NCBI GenBank assembly: GCA_963664225.1
Contig: OY760937.1
Span: forward strand, 2,528,001 to 2,592,000
From: Verrucomicrobiia bacterium
Lineage (GTDB): Bacteria > Verrucomicrobiota > Verrucomicrobiia > Limisphaerales > UBA1319
DNA length: 64,000 nt
Reading direction: 5' to 3'
Shown: piece by piece, positions 1 to 10,094 of the stretch
Position numbering within the stretch: position 1 is the stretch's first letter
Layout: each line of letters begins with the position of its first letter
Notes under the pieces: model-generated
What the model was told of the DNA's origin: nothing
The model's database searches: none
What the model saw: only the letters and a program-made list of their open reading frames with translations
Position numbers and translations under genes: made by a program

Positions 1-365
1 AATGGGACCGGGAGGTGCTGCGACTCACAGAAGGGGCGGGAGTGGATCATGTGGTGGAGGTCGGCGGCGCTGGCACGCTGCCCAAGTCCCTCAACGCGGT
101 GCGGTACGGCGGTCTGATTTCCATCATCGGTGTTCTCGCCAGGGGCGAAGGGCTTAATCATATGCCTCTGATCATGAAAAACCTGCGGATGCAGGGCATT
201 TATGTCGGTTCCCGCAGGATGTTTGAAGACATGAACAACGCCATCAACCTGGGCAAGCTGGAACCGGTGATTGACCGAACCTACCGTTTTGAACAGCTTC
301 GCGAAGCGCTGGATCATATGGCCAGCGGTTCTCACTTCGGCAAAATCGTCATTCAGATTGTGTGA
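1..365 (+). CDS. Zn-dependent/MDR-family NAD(P)-dependent alcohol dehydrogenase, C-terminal part (truncated by window edge)
   Basis: GVDHVVEVGG ... HFGKIVI C-terminal motifs of MDR dehydrogenases. Confidence 0.85.
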   Translation, partial: WDREVLRLTEGAGVDHVVEVGGAGTLPKSLNAVRYGGLISIIGVLARGEGLNHMPLIMKNLRMQGIYVGSRRMFEDMNNAINLGKLEPVIDRTYRFEQLREALDHMASGSHFGKIVIQIV

Positions 366-479
366 CCCCATAAAAAATCGAGGGATGACATCACACCTGA
401 CCGCAATCGTGCGGACTTCCTGTATCAGATAAAGAAACAAATTCTTCATCGTTGTTCCAACCGATGCTAGATTGTGCCC

Positions 480-1004
480 ATGATTAAGAGCGATCCGTTG
501 GATTTTATTTTTGGGCGTCGCAGCATTCGGGTATTCAAGCCGGGTAAAATCGGTCAGGAAACCCTCGAGGTCCTGCTGAAAGCGGCGACGTCCGCGCCCT
601 CCGCCTGTGCGAAAGACCCGTGGCATTTCATTATCGTGCAGAGCCTCGAAACCCTGGGACTCCTGGCGGACGCCCTGCCGAATGGCCAGATGCTCGCCTC
701 TGCGGCAGCAGGGATTGTCGTCTGCGGCGATTTGCAGGAGTCGCATGACCACCAGATCAGTTACATGCTTCAGGATTGCTCGGCGGCCACCGAGAACCTC
801 CTGCTCGCGGCCCACGCGCTGGGATTGGGGGGCTGCTGGCTGGGGATTCATCCACGCCCGGACCGCATTCAAAAGGTGACCGCGATTCTTGGATTACCCA
901 CACATATTGTCCCGGTTTCCTGCGCAGCGCTCGGTTTGCCGGGGGAAACCAAGGAACCGCGCACCCGTTACCAAGCCGCTCAAGTACACCGTGAAAAGTG
1001 GTGA
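480..1004 (+). CDS. Nitroreductase family protein
   Basis: RRSIR, APSA..PWHF, DCSAATENLLLAAHALGLGGCWLG. ATG at 480 preferred; GTG at 474 is also in frame. Confidence 0.9.
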   Translation: MIKSDPLDFIFGRRSIRVFKPGKIGQETLEVLLKAATSAPSACAKDPWHFIIVQSLETLGLLADALPNGQMLASAAAGIVVCGDLQESHDHQISYMLQDCSAATENLLLAAHALGLGGCWLGIHPRPDRIQKVTAILGLPTHIVPVSCAALGLPGETKEPRTRYQAAQVHREKW

Positions 1005-1069
1005 TCGGGTCGTTAGTCGATGTGCTGGCGACTGTTGGCGACTGTTGAGGCCGGTTGACGATTGCCCGC

Positions 1070-1846
1070 TCAAACGCGCCGGTGGACCTTGTGAATGGCG
1101 GCCTGGTCCGTGGGCTTGATGATGATTTCGTCTATGCAGACATGCGGGGGACGACTGGCGACCCAAAGCATGGCTTGCGCGACATCCTCGGCGGTGAGCG
1201 CCTCGACGCCTTCATAGACTTTCCTGGCGCGATCCGCATCACCCTTGAAGCGGACGAGGGAAAACTCCGTTTCAGCCAGACCGGGATCGATGGTGCCCAC
1301 GCGCAGGCCGGTACCGCAAAGTTCGAGCCGCAGGGCGCGCGTGATCTGCAGTTCGGCGGCCTTGCAGGCGCAATAGACCGCGCCGCCTTCATAAGCGGTA
1401 TGGCCGGCCACGGAGCCAACATTGAGAATACTCCCGCCGGGATGGTTGCGCATGAGGGGCAACAGCGCACGAGTGACCCGCAGCAAACCAAGAACATTGG
1501 ACTGGATCATGGCTTCCCAATCGGTGTCTCGACCTTCGGCCACCGTGTCCAGACCATGCGCACCGCCGGCGTTATTGATCAAAACATCGACCCGGGGAGC
1601 CACCGTTCCAACCCACGAGGCGAAATCATTGGCACTGGAGGTTTGGGACACGTCCAGTGGATGCCAGTGGGCCGAGGCGGCCCCGGCCGTCAGGCAGTCC
1701 ACGGCCACCTTCTCGAGCATCTCCGTCCGGCGCGCGCCCAGAACGACATGCGCCTTGTGCCGTGCAAAAGCATGTGCGGCGGCGGCGCCAAATCCGCTCG
1801 AGCCGCCCGTGATCACCACCCATTGATTGGCCAGTCTTGAAAACAT
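1070..1846 (-). CDS. Short-chain dehydrogenase/reductase (YdfG-like)
   Basis: TGGSSGFG, NNAG, YCACK, PGLAETEFSLVRF; start at MFSRLANQ. Confidence 0.9.
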   Translation of the reverse strand: MFSRLANQWVVITGGSSGFGAAAAHAFARHKAHVVLGARRTEMLEKVAVDCLTAGAASAHWHPLDVSQTSSANDFASWVGTVAPRVDVLINNAGGAHGLDTVAEGRDTDWEAMIQSNVLGLLRVTRALLPLMRNHPGGSILNVGSVAGHTAYEGGAVYCACKAAELQITRALRLELCGTGLRVGTIDPGLAETEFSLVRFKGDADRARKVYEGVEALTAEDVAQAMLWVASRPPHVCIDEIIIKPTDQAAIHKVHRRV

Positions 1847-1850
1847 GGTT

Positions 1851-2474
1851 TCATCCTTTCGTCGTTGTCTGGTTAATGCATTGTTCGGGAACCGAAAATA
1901 CCTTCTGCAACTGGGCGTAAAGGACGTCCGGCGGACCTTCGTTCCAGACCACGCGATCCGATAGAGCAATTTTTTTATCGATCGGCATTTGGGCGGCATT
2001 GCGACGCTGGATTTCATCCAAGGACCAGCCACGCGCCAGAAGCCGAAGCTCCTGTGTGGCGGGCGAACAGGCCACGCATACCGTGACATGGAAGTCGGCC
2101 GGCACCTCGGTTTCAAAGAGCAACGGAATGATGACCACGGCCAACGTTTTGCCCGCAGTGCGCCATGATTCGGCCTGCAACCTCCAGGCCACGCGGATGC
2201 GGGGGTGGAGGATGCCTTCCAAAAGACGCAGGGCGACGGCGTCTGAAAAAACGACGCGCGCGAGTTCCGAGCGACGCAAGTGGCCGGTGGCATCGATAAA
2301 CCTGGCGCCAAAAGCGCGTTGAATTTCCTCGAGCGCCGGCTGGCCGGGCTCCACCACCTCGCGGGCCAGGGCGTCCGTATCGACCACGGACACTCCCTGG
2401 GCGCGCAGCCAATCCGCCGCCGTGGACTTGCCCATTCCCGCCCCGCCCGTCAGACCGTATAGTTTCATTGCCAT
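1851..2474 (-). CDS. coaE: Dephospho-CoA kinase
   Basis: GLTGGAGMGKST P-loop, DTDALAREVV, LHPRI, IPLLFE. Confidence 0.95.
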   Translation of the reverse strand: MAMKLYGLTGGAGMGKSTAADWLRAQGVSVVDTDALAREVVEPGQPALEEIQRAFGARFIDATGHLRRSELARVVFSDAVALRLLEGILHPRIRVAWRLQAESWRTAGKTLAVVIIPLLFETEVPADFHVTVCVACSPATQELRLLARGWSLDEIQRRNAAQMPIDKKIALSDRVVWNEGPPDVLYAQLQKVFSVPEQCINQTTTKG

Positions 2475-2572
2475 TACAACGATAACAATGCCGTCGAATT
2501 CGCGACAGACAAATGGTTTTTTACACTTGAATTCAAGCTTTCCTCCGGAGCATTCACGGCTATTTTAGGGGC

Positions 2573-3847
2573 ATGACGTTGACGGAACAGATGACTTTGC
2601 TGGGTCAACAGGCCAGAGCCGCCTCCCGCGCGCTGGCCCGGCTGACCACCGCGCAGAAAAACGATTGCCTGCGCGCGATGGCGGACGCCCTGGAGGCGCA
2701 CTGCGGCGCGCTGCTCGAAGCCAATGCGCTGGATATGGCCGCTGGAAAGCAAAACGGCCTGGCTCCGGCCATGCTGGATCGATTGCGGCTGGACGAAAAG
2801 CGCGTGGCGGCCATGGCCAGGGGCTTGCGCGAAGTGGTCGCGCTGCCAGATCCCACAGGACGAATTCTCGACGAACGGGTTCGCCCCAATGGACTGAAGC
2901 TCCAGAAGGTGGCCACACCCATCGGGGTCATTGTCATTATTTTCGAGTCGCGGCCCAATGTGACCGCCGACGCGGCCAGCCTTTGTTTAAAATCCGGCAA
3001 TGCCACGATTCTGCGCGGCGGCAAGGAGGCGATTCATTCGAATGAGGCTATTGCGAGTTGCATGATCGCCGCAGCCCGGAAGGCGCTGCCTGAGTTTCCC
3101 GTTCACGCGATCCAGGTGGTGTCCACCACCGACCGGGAGGCCATCCGCGAATTGCTCTCGCTCACGCAATATGTCGATCTGTGCATTCCCCGCGGCGGTG
3201 AGGGGCTGATCCGCGCGGTGATGGAATGCTCCCGTGTGCCAGTAATCAAGCATTACAAGGGGGTGTGCCATGTGTATGTGGATGCCGCGGCGGATTTCAA
3301 AATGGCCGAAGACATCATCATCAACGCCAAGACGCAACGTCCCGGCGTCTGCAACGCCATGGAAACGCTGCTGGTGGATCGCAGTGTTGCAACGCAATTC
3401 CTGCCCTCGATGGGGCGGCGATTGGCGGAGAAAAAGGTCGAAGTGCGCGGAGACGCTGCGGCGCTTGAGATTTTAAGGCCGGGAATGTCCGGGGTCAAAC
3501 CGGCGACCGAAGAGGACTGGTACGCGGAATACCTGGACCTGATTCTTGCCGTGCGCGTGGTCAATGGCGTTCAGGAGGCCATCGACCACATCAATACATT
3601 CGGCTCGGGCCACACGGATACGATCGTGACGCGTGACGCGGCGCACGCCCGCGAGTTTCTCAATCAGGTGGATTCGGCCTCGGTCTTCTGGAATGCCTCG
3701 ACGCGGCTGGCCGACGGCAGCGAATTTGGCATGGGCGCGGAGATCGGGATCAGCACGGATAAAATCGGCGCGCGGGGCCCGATGGGTCTTGAGGAGTTGA
3801 CCACCTACAAGTGGATGGGCTTTGGCAGCGGGCAGGTGCGCGGGTAG
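2573..3847 (+). CDS. proA: Glutamate-5-semialdehyde dehydrogenase
   Basis: ESRPNVT, LRGGKEA, CNAMETLL, NASTRLADG.EFGMGAEIGISTDK..ARGPMGL. Confidence 0.97.
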   Translation: MTLTEQMTLLGQQARAASRALARLTTAQKNDCLRAMADALEAHCGALLEANALDMAAGKQNGLAPAMLDRLRLDEKRVAAMARGLREVVALPDPTGRILDERVRPNGLKLQKVATPIGVIVIIFESRPNVTADAASLCLKSGNATILRGGKEAIHSNEAIASCMIAAARKALPEFPVHAIQVVSTTDREAIRELLSLTQYVDLCIPRGGEGLIRAVMECSRVPVIKHYKGVCHVYVDAAADFKMAEDIIINAKTQRPGVCNAMETLLVDRSVATQFLPSMGRRLAEKKVEVRGDAAALEILRPGMSGVKPATEEDWYAEYLDLILAVRVVNGVQEAIDHINTFGSGHTDTIVTRDAAHAREFLNQVDSASVFWNASTRLADGSEFGMGAEIGISTDKIGARGPMGLEELTTYKWMGFGSGQVRG

Positions 3848-3993
3848 GCAAGGACGCAGAGTGACTGGTCTGTAAGGCCGGTCTTGGGATTGGGAGGCTG
3901 TTTCAATCAGCCAGAGAACCCTGCGGTGTGTGCAAACGCTTCCATGTCCGCCTCGGTGGTTTCGCTTTTGCTTTCGACGCGCGATGTGTCAGC

Positions 3994-6687
3994 ATGGGCC
4001 ACATGATGAATCTCACCCATGGTATTCGCGCCATGACCCTGGCCTGTCTGGTGTTTGCAGGCTGCCGCAGCGATCACGGCCAGTCGGCACCCGGAGCTTC
4101 GGCATCGCCCCCGGTGGAGGTTCCCGGCGTTCGCGACGATGGCTCCGTGTTGTTGCCCAATCAATGGTCGCTCCGTCCGGTTGGCAAACAGGTCGCGGTG
4201 GGGGATTTTCCCGTCAATGTTGCGCTGCATCCATCCGGACAATACGCGGCGGTGTTGCATTGCGGCTATGGAACCCACGAAATCGTTGTGGCCCGGATTC
4301 CAGCGGGAACCATCGTCTCGCGCATACCGCTTGAGACCGCCTTTTATGGGCTGACCTTTTCGCGCGACGGTAAAAACCTGTTCGCGAGCGGAGCAGCGGG
4401 TGAAGTCGTTCATCGGTTCGCGTTCGCGGACGGTTTTTTGTCGGCGCCGCAGATGATTCAGTTGCGCGATGCCAGGACGCGTGGAATCCCGGCCGGTCTC
4501 GCCGTCAATGCGGATGGCACGAGGCTGTATGTCGCAAATGTGTGGGGGCATTGCGTCAATGCCGTGGATCTGACCAGCAACCAGGTGATTTGGGAGTATA
4601 AGTTTGGTCTCGATGGACAGGAAAAAGCCTATGCCACGAATGCCACTGCCGCGCCGCTGGATATCGCCGCCGCCACCAAGCGCGCCGAAGTGGCTCAGGA
4701 CACCACGCAAGCCCAGGATGCCTTTCCATACGCCTGCGCATTGGATGAATCCCGCAACCGCCTCTACGTGAGTTTATGGGCCCGTGCGGAGGTGGCGGTG
4801 CTGGATTTGAAGACGCACACGGAAATCGCACGCTGGAAAACCGAAGAGCATCCGAACGAGATGGTCCTCAGTAAAACCGGCGCGCAATTGTATGTGGCCA
4901 ATGCCAACCGGAACAGCGTGAGCGTTCTGGACACGGAAACCGGCAAGACGCTGGAGGTTCTGGTGGCCGTCATGATGGGTGCAAAGCAGGCCGGAACCGA
5001 TTTGAGCCCGGCAAGCAGTGGTGCTCCTGGTTTTGCATCGCCGGATTGGCAAACCAACGCCCCGGCGGGAAACACGCCGAACAGCCTGGCCCTCGCGCCC
5101 GATGGAAAGACCCTGTTCATCGCCAACGCCACCATCAACGCGCTGTCGGTGTTCGACGTCTCGGAACCCGGCCGCAGTCGTTCGCTGGGTTTTATTCCCA
5201 CCGGCTGGTATCCGACCACGGTGCGGGTCACGCCGGATGGCAAGCACCTCGTGGTGGCCAACGGCAAGGGACAGACCTCGCGCGCCAATCCCCACGGGCC
5301 CCAGCCTGGCAGGGAAGCCCCGAAGACCGTGAGCGAATACATTGGTGGATTGCTCCAGGGCACCATCAGCATTGTGACCCTACCCTCCAAAGCCAGCTTC
5401 GATGAACGGATGCGCACCTGGACCGCTGTGGCGAACAGTTGCCGACCCAAGACAGCGGAGGTGTATCCGCAGGAGGCGGGGCATCCAATCCCCCTTTCCG
5501 CCGACACCTCGCGGACGCCCATCAAGTATTGCCTCTATATCATCAAAGAGAATCGCACCTATGACCAGATGCTCGGCGACATGCCGGAAGGCAATGGCGA
5601 TGCGTCCCTGTGTCTCTTCGGCGAGGCGATCACTCCCAACCACCATGCGCTGGCCCGGGAGTTTGTGCTGTTGGACAATTTTTATGTGGATGGCGAGGTC
5701 AGCGCCGATGGCCACGAATGGACCATGGGCGCTTATGCGACGGATTTTGTGGAGAAATCCTGGCCGATGAGTTACGGGCATAACGCCTCGGGAAAGTTTC
5801 CTTATCCCAGCGAGGGGAACTATCCCATTGCCACACCCGCAGGCGGATACTTATGGGACCGCGCGCGCGAGGCGGGCGTCAGCTATCGCAGCTACGGTGA
5901 GTTCGTCAACAACGCCGCGTCCACCAACAAGCCCAACACCTGCCGGGTCGCCACGCTGGCGGGCCACTTCGATCCGTGGTATCGCAGCTTCGATCTGAAT
6001 TATCCGGATGCGTTGCGCGCGGATCGGTTTCTGGCCGAACTGGGCCGCTTCGAGAAAGAGGGGGACATGCCGCGACTGCAAATCGTCCGTTTGCCGAACG
6101 ACCATACCTCCGGCACCGCAGTGGGGAAACCCACACCCATCGCCTATGTTGCGGATAATGACCTGGCGCTCGGACGGGTCATCGAAGGACTCACGCATTC
6201 GAAATTCTGGGCGCAGACGGCCATTTTCATCATCGAAGACGACGCGCAAAACGGCCCGGACCATGTGGACGCCCACCGGAGCATCGCCTATGTCATCAGT
6301 CCCTACACGAAACGGCGGACAGTGGACTCAACCATGTATTCCACCAGCAGCATGCTGCACACCATCGAACTGATTCTGGGCCTGAAACCGATGAGCCAGT
6401 TCGACGCCGCCGCGATGCCCATGGTGAATGCCTTTACCGCCAAAGCGGATTTGCGGCCGTATGTCTGCAAACCGGTCACCGTGAACTTGAACGCGCGCAA
6501 TACGAAATTGGCATATGGCGCCGACCTGTCGAAGAAAATGGATTTTACGAAAGAGGACGCGGCGGACGACTTGATGCTCAACCGGGTCATCTGGCATTCG
6601 ATCAAGGGTCCGGACGTTCCTATGCCCGCGCCCAAGCGCTCGGCCTTCCTGCGCATGCCAACTCAAAAAGATCGGGACGACGACTGA
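3994..6687 (+). CDS. Lipoprotein: YVTN/YncE beta-propeller fused to a phosphoesterase (alkaline-phosphatase-like) domain
   Basis: Lipobox FAGC, repeated LYVAN blades, KENRTYD, SADGHEW, EDDAQNGPDHVDAHRS; exact start uncertain. Confidence 0.85.
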   Translation: MGHMMNLTHGIRAMTLACLVFAGCRSDHGQSAPGASASPPVEVPGVRDDGSVLLPNQWSLRPVGKQVAVGDFPVNVALHPSGQYAAVLHCGYGTHEIVVARIPAGTIVSRIPLETAFYGLTFSRDGKNLFASGAAGEVVHRFAFADGFLSAPQMIQLRDARTRGIPAGLAVNADGTRLYVANVWGHCVNAVDLTSNQVIWEYKFGLDGQEKAYATNATAAPLDIAAATKRAEVAQDTTQAQDAFPYACALDESRNRLYVSLWARAEVAVLDLKTHTEIARWKTEEHPNEMVLSKTGAQLYVANANRNSVSVLDTETGKTLEVLVAVMMGAKQAGTDLSPASSGAPGFASPDWQTNAPAGNTPNSLALAPDGKTLFIANATINALSVFDVSEPGRSRSLGFIPTGWYPTTVRVTPDGKHLVVANGKGQTSRANPHGPQPGREAPKTVSEYIGGLLQGTISIVTLPSKASFDERMRTWTAVANSCRPKTAEVYPQEAGHPIPLSADTSRTPIKYCLYIIKENRTYDQMLGDMPEGNGDASLCLFGEAITPNHHALAREFVLLDNFYVDGEVSADGHEWTMGAYATDFVEKSWPMSYGHNASGKFPYPSEGNYPIATPAGGYLWDRAREAGVSYRSYGEFVNNAASTNKPNTCRVATLAGHFDPWYRSFDLNYPDALRADRFLAELGRFEKEGDMPRLQIVRLPNDHTSGTAVGKPTPIAYVADNDLALGRVIEGLTHSKFWAQTAIFIIEDDAQNGPDHVDAHRSIAYVISPYTKRRTVDSTMYSTSSMLHTIELILGLKPMSQFDAAAMPMVNAFTAKADLRPYVCKPVTVNLNARNTKLAYGADLSKKMDFTKEDAADDLMLNRVIWHSIKGPDVPMPAPKRSAFLRMPTQKDRDDD

Positions 6688-6834
6688 AAGGGGTGCATGA
6701 CGGAATTCTTCGGCAAGCGAAAAAGACCTTTAAAAGGGCATGTGAGTATATACGAAACAAATATAGCAGGAGTTTCGGGAATGGCCAGGTGCCGATTGAG
6801 GGTGCGGCAAGAGTCAGATCTGAAAGGACGACCG

Positions 6835-6868
6835 CCCTCATCCCCACCTTCTCCCCCAGGAGAAGGAG
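6835..6868. repeat. REP-like palindromic element (ccctcatccccaccttctccccca-ggagaagg)
   Basis: Hairpin ccttctcc/ggagaagg in an intergenic position. Confidence 0.6.
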
Positions 6869-7087
6869 TAGTATTGCGAGCCCTGGGTTTATTGCGCGGT
6901 TTGGAGGATGCCGCCGCGCCGGACTATATGCCCCAGACCGCCGACTGGCGTTCTGGCTGGGTTCGTGCGGTTCAGGCTTTTACCAGCTTCCTGAATTTTG
7001 TCCTGCACCCGATTGAAAGATTGAAAGGCTCGGCCGACTGAAAGTTGGCAATCCTCGTTCCGTAGTTATATAACGACAGAATATAAT

Positions 7088-8305
7088 ATGAAAAAAACAA
7101 CCTGGGCGATCATCGCCATCGCCGCCATGATCATGGGCGCGACCACGCGCGGTGCTGACCAAACCAACGCGACGAAGTCCATCACCGTTGCGAGTTATTA
7201 CTTCGGCAATTACCATCCCGGCGATCCGCGCAACACGAAGATGAAGGGCAAGGACTGGTCCGAGTGGGAACTCGTCAAGGCCGCGAAACCGCGCTTCCCC
7301 GGACACCAACAGCCGAAGGTTCCCCTGTGGGGCTATACGGACGAGTCCGATCCCAAGGCCATGGAGCAGAAGATTGCCGCCGCGGCGGACCATGGCATCG
7401 ACGCCTTCATCTTCGACTGGTATTATTATAACGACGGTCCGTATCTCGATCGGCCGATCGACCTCGGATTTCTTGGGGCCACGAACAACAATCGCATCAA
7501 GTTTGCCTTCATGTGGGCCAACCACGACTGGCTGGAGATTCAGCCTTACAAACGCGGCACTCCCCAGAAGCTGGTCTTTCCAGGCAAGGTTACTCCCGCG
7601 GGCTTCGACAGAATCTGCGACCATGTGATCAAGGATTACTTCCAGCACCCGTCCTATTGGAAGATTGAAGGGAAGCCTTACTTCTCCTTCTACGAACTGA
7701 CCAAACTGCTGGACAGCTTCGGCAGCGTGGAGGCGACCCGCACGGCGCTGGACCAATTCCGCGCCAAGGCGGTGAAGGCGGGATTACCGGGCCTGCATCT
7801 CAACGCGGTGGTCTGGGGGCAGCCGATCCTGCCGGGCGAACAAAAGCCGGTGGACGCCCCGACGCTGGTGCGCGAACTGGGCTTCGACTCCGTCACCTCT
7901 TACGTGTGGATTCATCATGTGCCGCTGAATGAACAGGTGACCGACTACAATTGGGTGCGCGACGAATACTTCAAATATTGGGACACGGCGGCAAAACAGT
8001 TTGGCGTGCCTTATTTTCCAAACGTGAGCATGGGCTGGGATTCGAGTCCCCGCGCGGCCCAGGAGGATGAATTCGGCAACTTCGGTTATCCCTTCACCAA
8101 CACCATCGGCCATAACACCCCGGAGAACTTCCGCGCCGCGCTGGAAAAGACGAAGGCGCGTTTGCTGGCGCAACCGAAAGGCCCGCGCATCTTCAACATC
8201 AACTGTTGGAACGAATGGACCGAGGGCAGCTATCTCGAGCCGGACATGATCAACGGCATGAAATACCTGGAGGCCGTGCGGGATGTTTTTGGCGTGAATA
8301 AATAG
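7088..8305 (+). CDS. Secreted GH99-like / WbsX-family glycoside hydrolase
   Basis: Signal peptide, HGIDAFIFDWY, MWANHDW, GWDSSPR, NCWNEWTEGSYLEPD. Confidence 0.85.
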   Translation: MKKTTWAIIAIAAMIMGATTRGADQTNATKSITVASYYFGNYHPGDPRNTKMKGKDWSEWELVKAAKPRFPGHQQPKVPLWGYTDESDPKAMEQKIAAAADHGIDAFIFDWYYYNDGPYLDRPIDLGFLGATNNNRIKFAFMWANHDWLEIQPYKRGTPQKLVFPGKVTPAGFDRICDHVIKDYFQHPSYWKIEGKPYFSFYELTKLLDSFGSVEATRTALDQFRAKAVKAGLPGLHLNAVVWGQPILPGEQKPVDAPTLVRELGFDSVTSYVWIHHVPLNEQVTDYNWVRDEYFKYWDTAAKQFGVPYFPNVSMGWDSSPRAAQEDEFGNFGYPFTNTIGHNTPENFRAALEKTKARLLAQPKGPRIFNINCWNEWTEGSYLEPDMINGMKYLEAVRDVFGVNK

Positions 8306-8351
8306 CCCGGCCCCATTCGAACATGGCCACTGCCGCCAGGCCGTGAAGATT

Positions 8352-8380
8352 AAAAAAGGCGGGCTTTGAAGCCCGCCTTT
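8352..8380. terminator. Intrinsic, probably bidirectional terminator
   Basis: aaaggcgggctt-tg-aagcccgccttt between convergent genes. Confidence 0.85.
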
Positions 8381-8408
8381 CGAATCATTGGTTATTGGAC
8401 TGAATCGG

Positions 8409-9260
8409 TTATCCAATAATCTTCTTTAATCCCGCCAGCGACATCTCTGTGCAGTCCATGGGGGATTTGCCATCCGGGTAGGTTTCCTGCTCGACCGTGA
8501 CCCACTCGGTGCCGCCGAAATCGCAGCAGGCCGCATAGACCGCTGCCCAATCGACGGAATCCTGGCCGAGAATGGCCTTCTTGGTCTTGTCGTCACCGAC
8601 CACCGTGGGCTTGAAATGCGTCGATTTCATGCGACCAGGATGGCGTTTCATCAGGTCCACCGGGTCCAGACCGGCGGCGAAGGTCCATCCGCAGTCCTGC
8701 TGCAACACGACATCCTTGGTGGTGTTCTTGGCGAACAATTCCCAGAAGTTTGTGTCATTGATCTTCTTGAATTCGCCCGTGTGGTTATGGTAACCGCAGG
8801 CCATGTTCAAGGGCTTCAGGATCTCGGCGGTCTTGTTGAATGTTTCCGCCAGTGCCTTGCACTTATCCGGATTGGTGAAATCGCCGTCGCCGGGAACGAT
8901 CAGGAACTTGCAGCCGATGGTCTGGTGAAACTCAATGGTCTTCTTCAATTCCTCACCCCGGAAGGACCCGGTGCCAATATGAGTCGCGGCCGCTTTCAGA
9001 TTCAGATCGTCCAGTTTCTTGCGCAATTCCTTGGCCTTGCCTGCATAAGTGTGGTATCCGGCGAATTCGACGCCTTCGAATCCCATTTTGGCGACCTTGG
9101 CCAATGCCGCGTCAAAGTCCTTCCCGCAATCATCGCGAACCGAGTAAAGTTGGACTGCGATCGGGAGTTTTTTGCTGGCGGCCAGGACGTAGGGGCTCAT
9201 TCCGGCGGCTGTGGCGGCCAGAATCGAGGTTTTCACAAAGTGACGACGTGATAGTTGCAT
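8409..9260 (-). CDS. Tat-exported sugar phosphate isomerase/epimerase (xylose-isomerase-like TIM barrel)
   Basis: SRRHFVK Tat motif, QLYSVR, GYHNH..EF, DCGW, HFK, VEQE. Confidence 0.9.
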   Translation of the reverse strand: MQLSRRHFVKTSILAATAAGMSPYVLAASKKLPIAVQLYSVRDDCGKDFDAALAKVAKMGFEGVEFAGYHTYAGKAKELRKKLDDLNLKAAATHIGTGSFRGEELKKTIEFHQTIGCKFLIVPGDGDFTNPDKCKALAETFNKTAEILKPLNMACGYHNHTGEFKKINDTNFWELFAKNTTKDVVLQQDCGWTFAAGLDPVDLMKRHPGRMKSTHFKPTVVGDDKTKKAILGQDSVDWAAVYAACCDFGGTEWVTVEQETYPDGKSPMDCTEMSLAGLKKIIG

Positions 9261-9344
9261 AAATTTTATATCAATTCTGCTCTACATGGTTTGGTTTTTT
9301 TCGGTGATGCGAGCTTAACGCCAATCCGACAGGATTGTCCAGCG

Positions 9345-10090
9345 CCAGAAAAGAGCGAAATGGGAGGTGCGCGCGCTCCAAAAGCGCTCCGGATGCGTGC
9401 TACTGAGGGCAATCCGGGGCCGATCGATCGCAACCTGCCACGGATTTCCAATGGAAAGAGCGAGGGTTCGGAAACAGAACGGTGGCGAAATAAGGACATC
9501 GAGGGAGGTGCTTGCGCACGGCCACCATGGGGAAGCGCAATTCTTCCGATGTTTCAAGGCGTAGTTCTTTCAAGGGGAATCGAAAGCTCGGATGTCTTGC
9601 GCGAGGGGGGGATGCCTTGGCTTAATCAAACGCTCAAAACGAACGAATCTATGGTTTGACCCGGTCCCGAAGTCTGCGCGAAAAGGGGGGCCTGCTTGGG
9701 ATTGGAGCCCTCTCCGGTGGCCACAGCGCGTCAGCGCCGGGGCTTGTGGTGACTGTCCGGTTGCGGCGGTTGCCAGGGCGTCAGGGTGAGGCAACCCCGT
9801 GGATTCCTGACGCTCCCGACCAGGCTCCCTTTGGGAAGCCGTGACGGTGACCCGGGTGGCGTCGTCTCAGCGAGGGGAAGCCTCGGTCTCGGTCACGGCC
9901 AAGGGGGCCGAGCCGTGGCCAATTTGAAGCCAATGGGTCAAGCGGCGGCGACCTGTGGAAGCTCACCTTGGAGCCACCGGCAACCGAGCCAGCGCCGCCT
10001 TTGGGCTTCCTTTCAGGGGGAAACGAATGCGAAGGGGAAACTCACAATTTTTCCAATTGTCATGAAGTCAGGAACTGACCCCCGGACGGT
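9345..10090 (+). ncRNA. Candidate large structured non-coding RNA, class unassigned
   Basis: About 750 nt without a credible ORF; near-continuous helices with G-U pairs on the + strand and GNRA-type loops. Confidence 0.5.
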
Positions 10091-10094
10091 TCAC

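Noticed and set aside
6697..7041. 114-aa ORF downstream of the phosphoesterase gene
   Set aside because: No recognisable motif and it runs through a REP-like palindrome (PSSPPSPPGEG); probably spurious.
9345..10090. Structured region as RNase P RNA, tmRNA, group II intron or cobalamin riboswitch
   Set aside because: No GAGGAAAGUCC, no tRNA-like CCA end and no recognisable B12 box. GTGCG at 9367 and ggacggttc near 10084 are suggestive, but no domain V helix can be formed.
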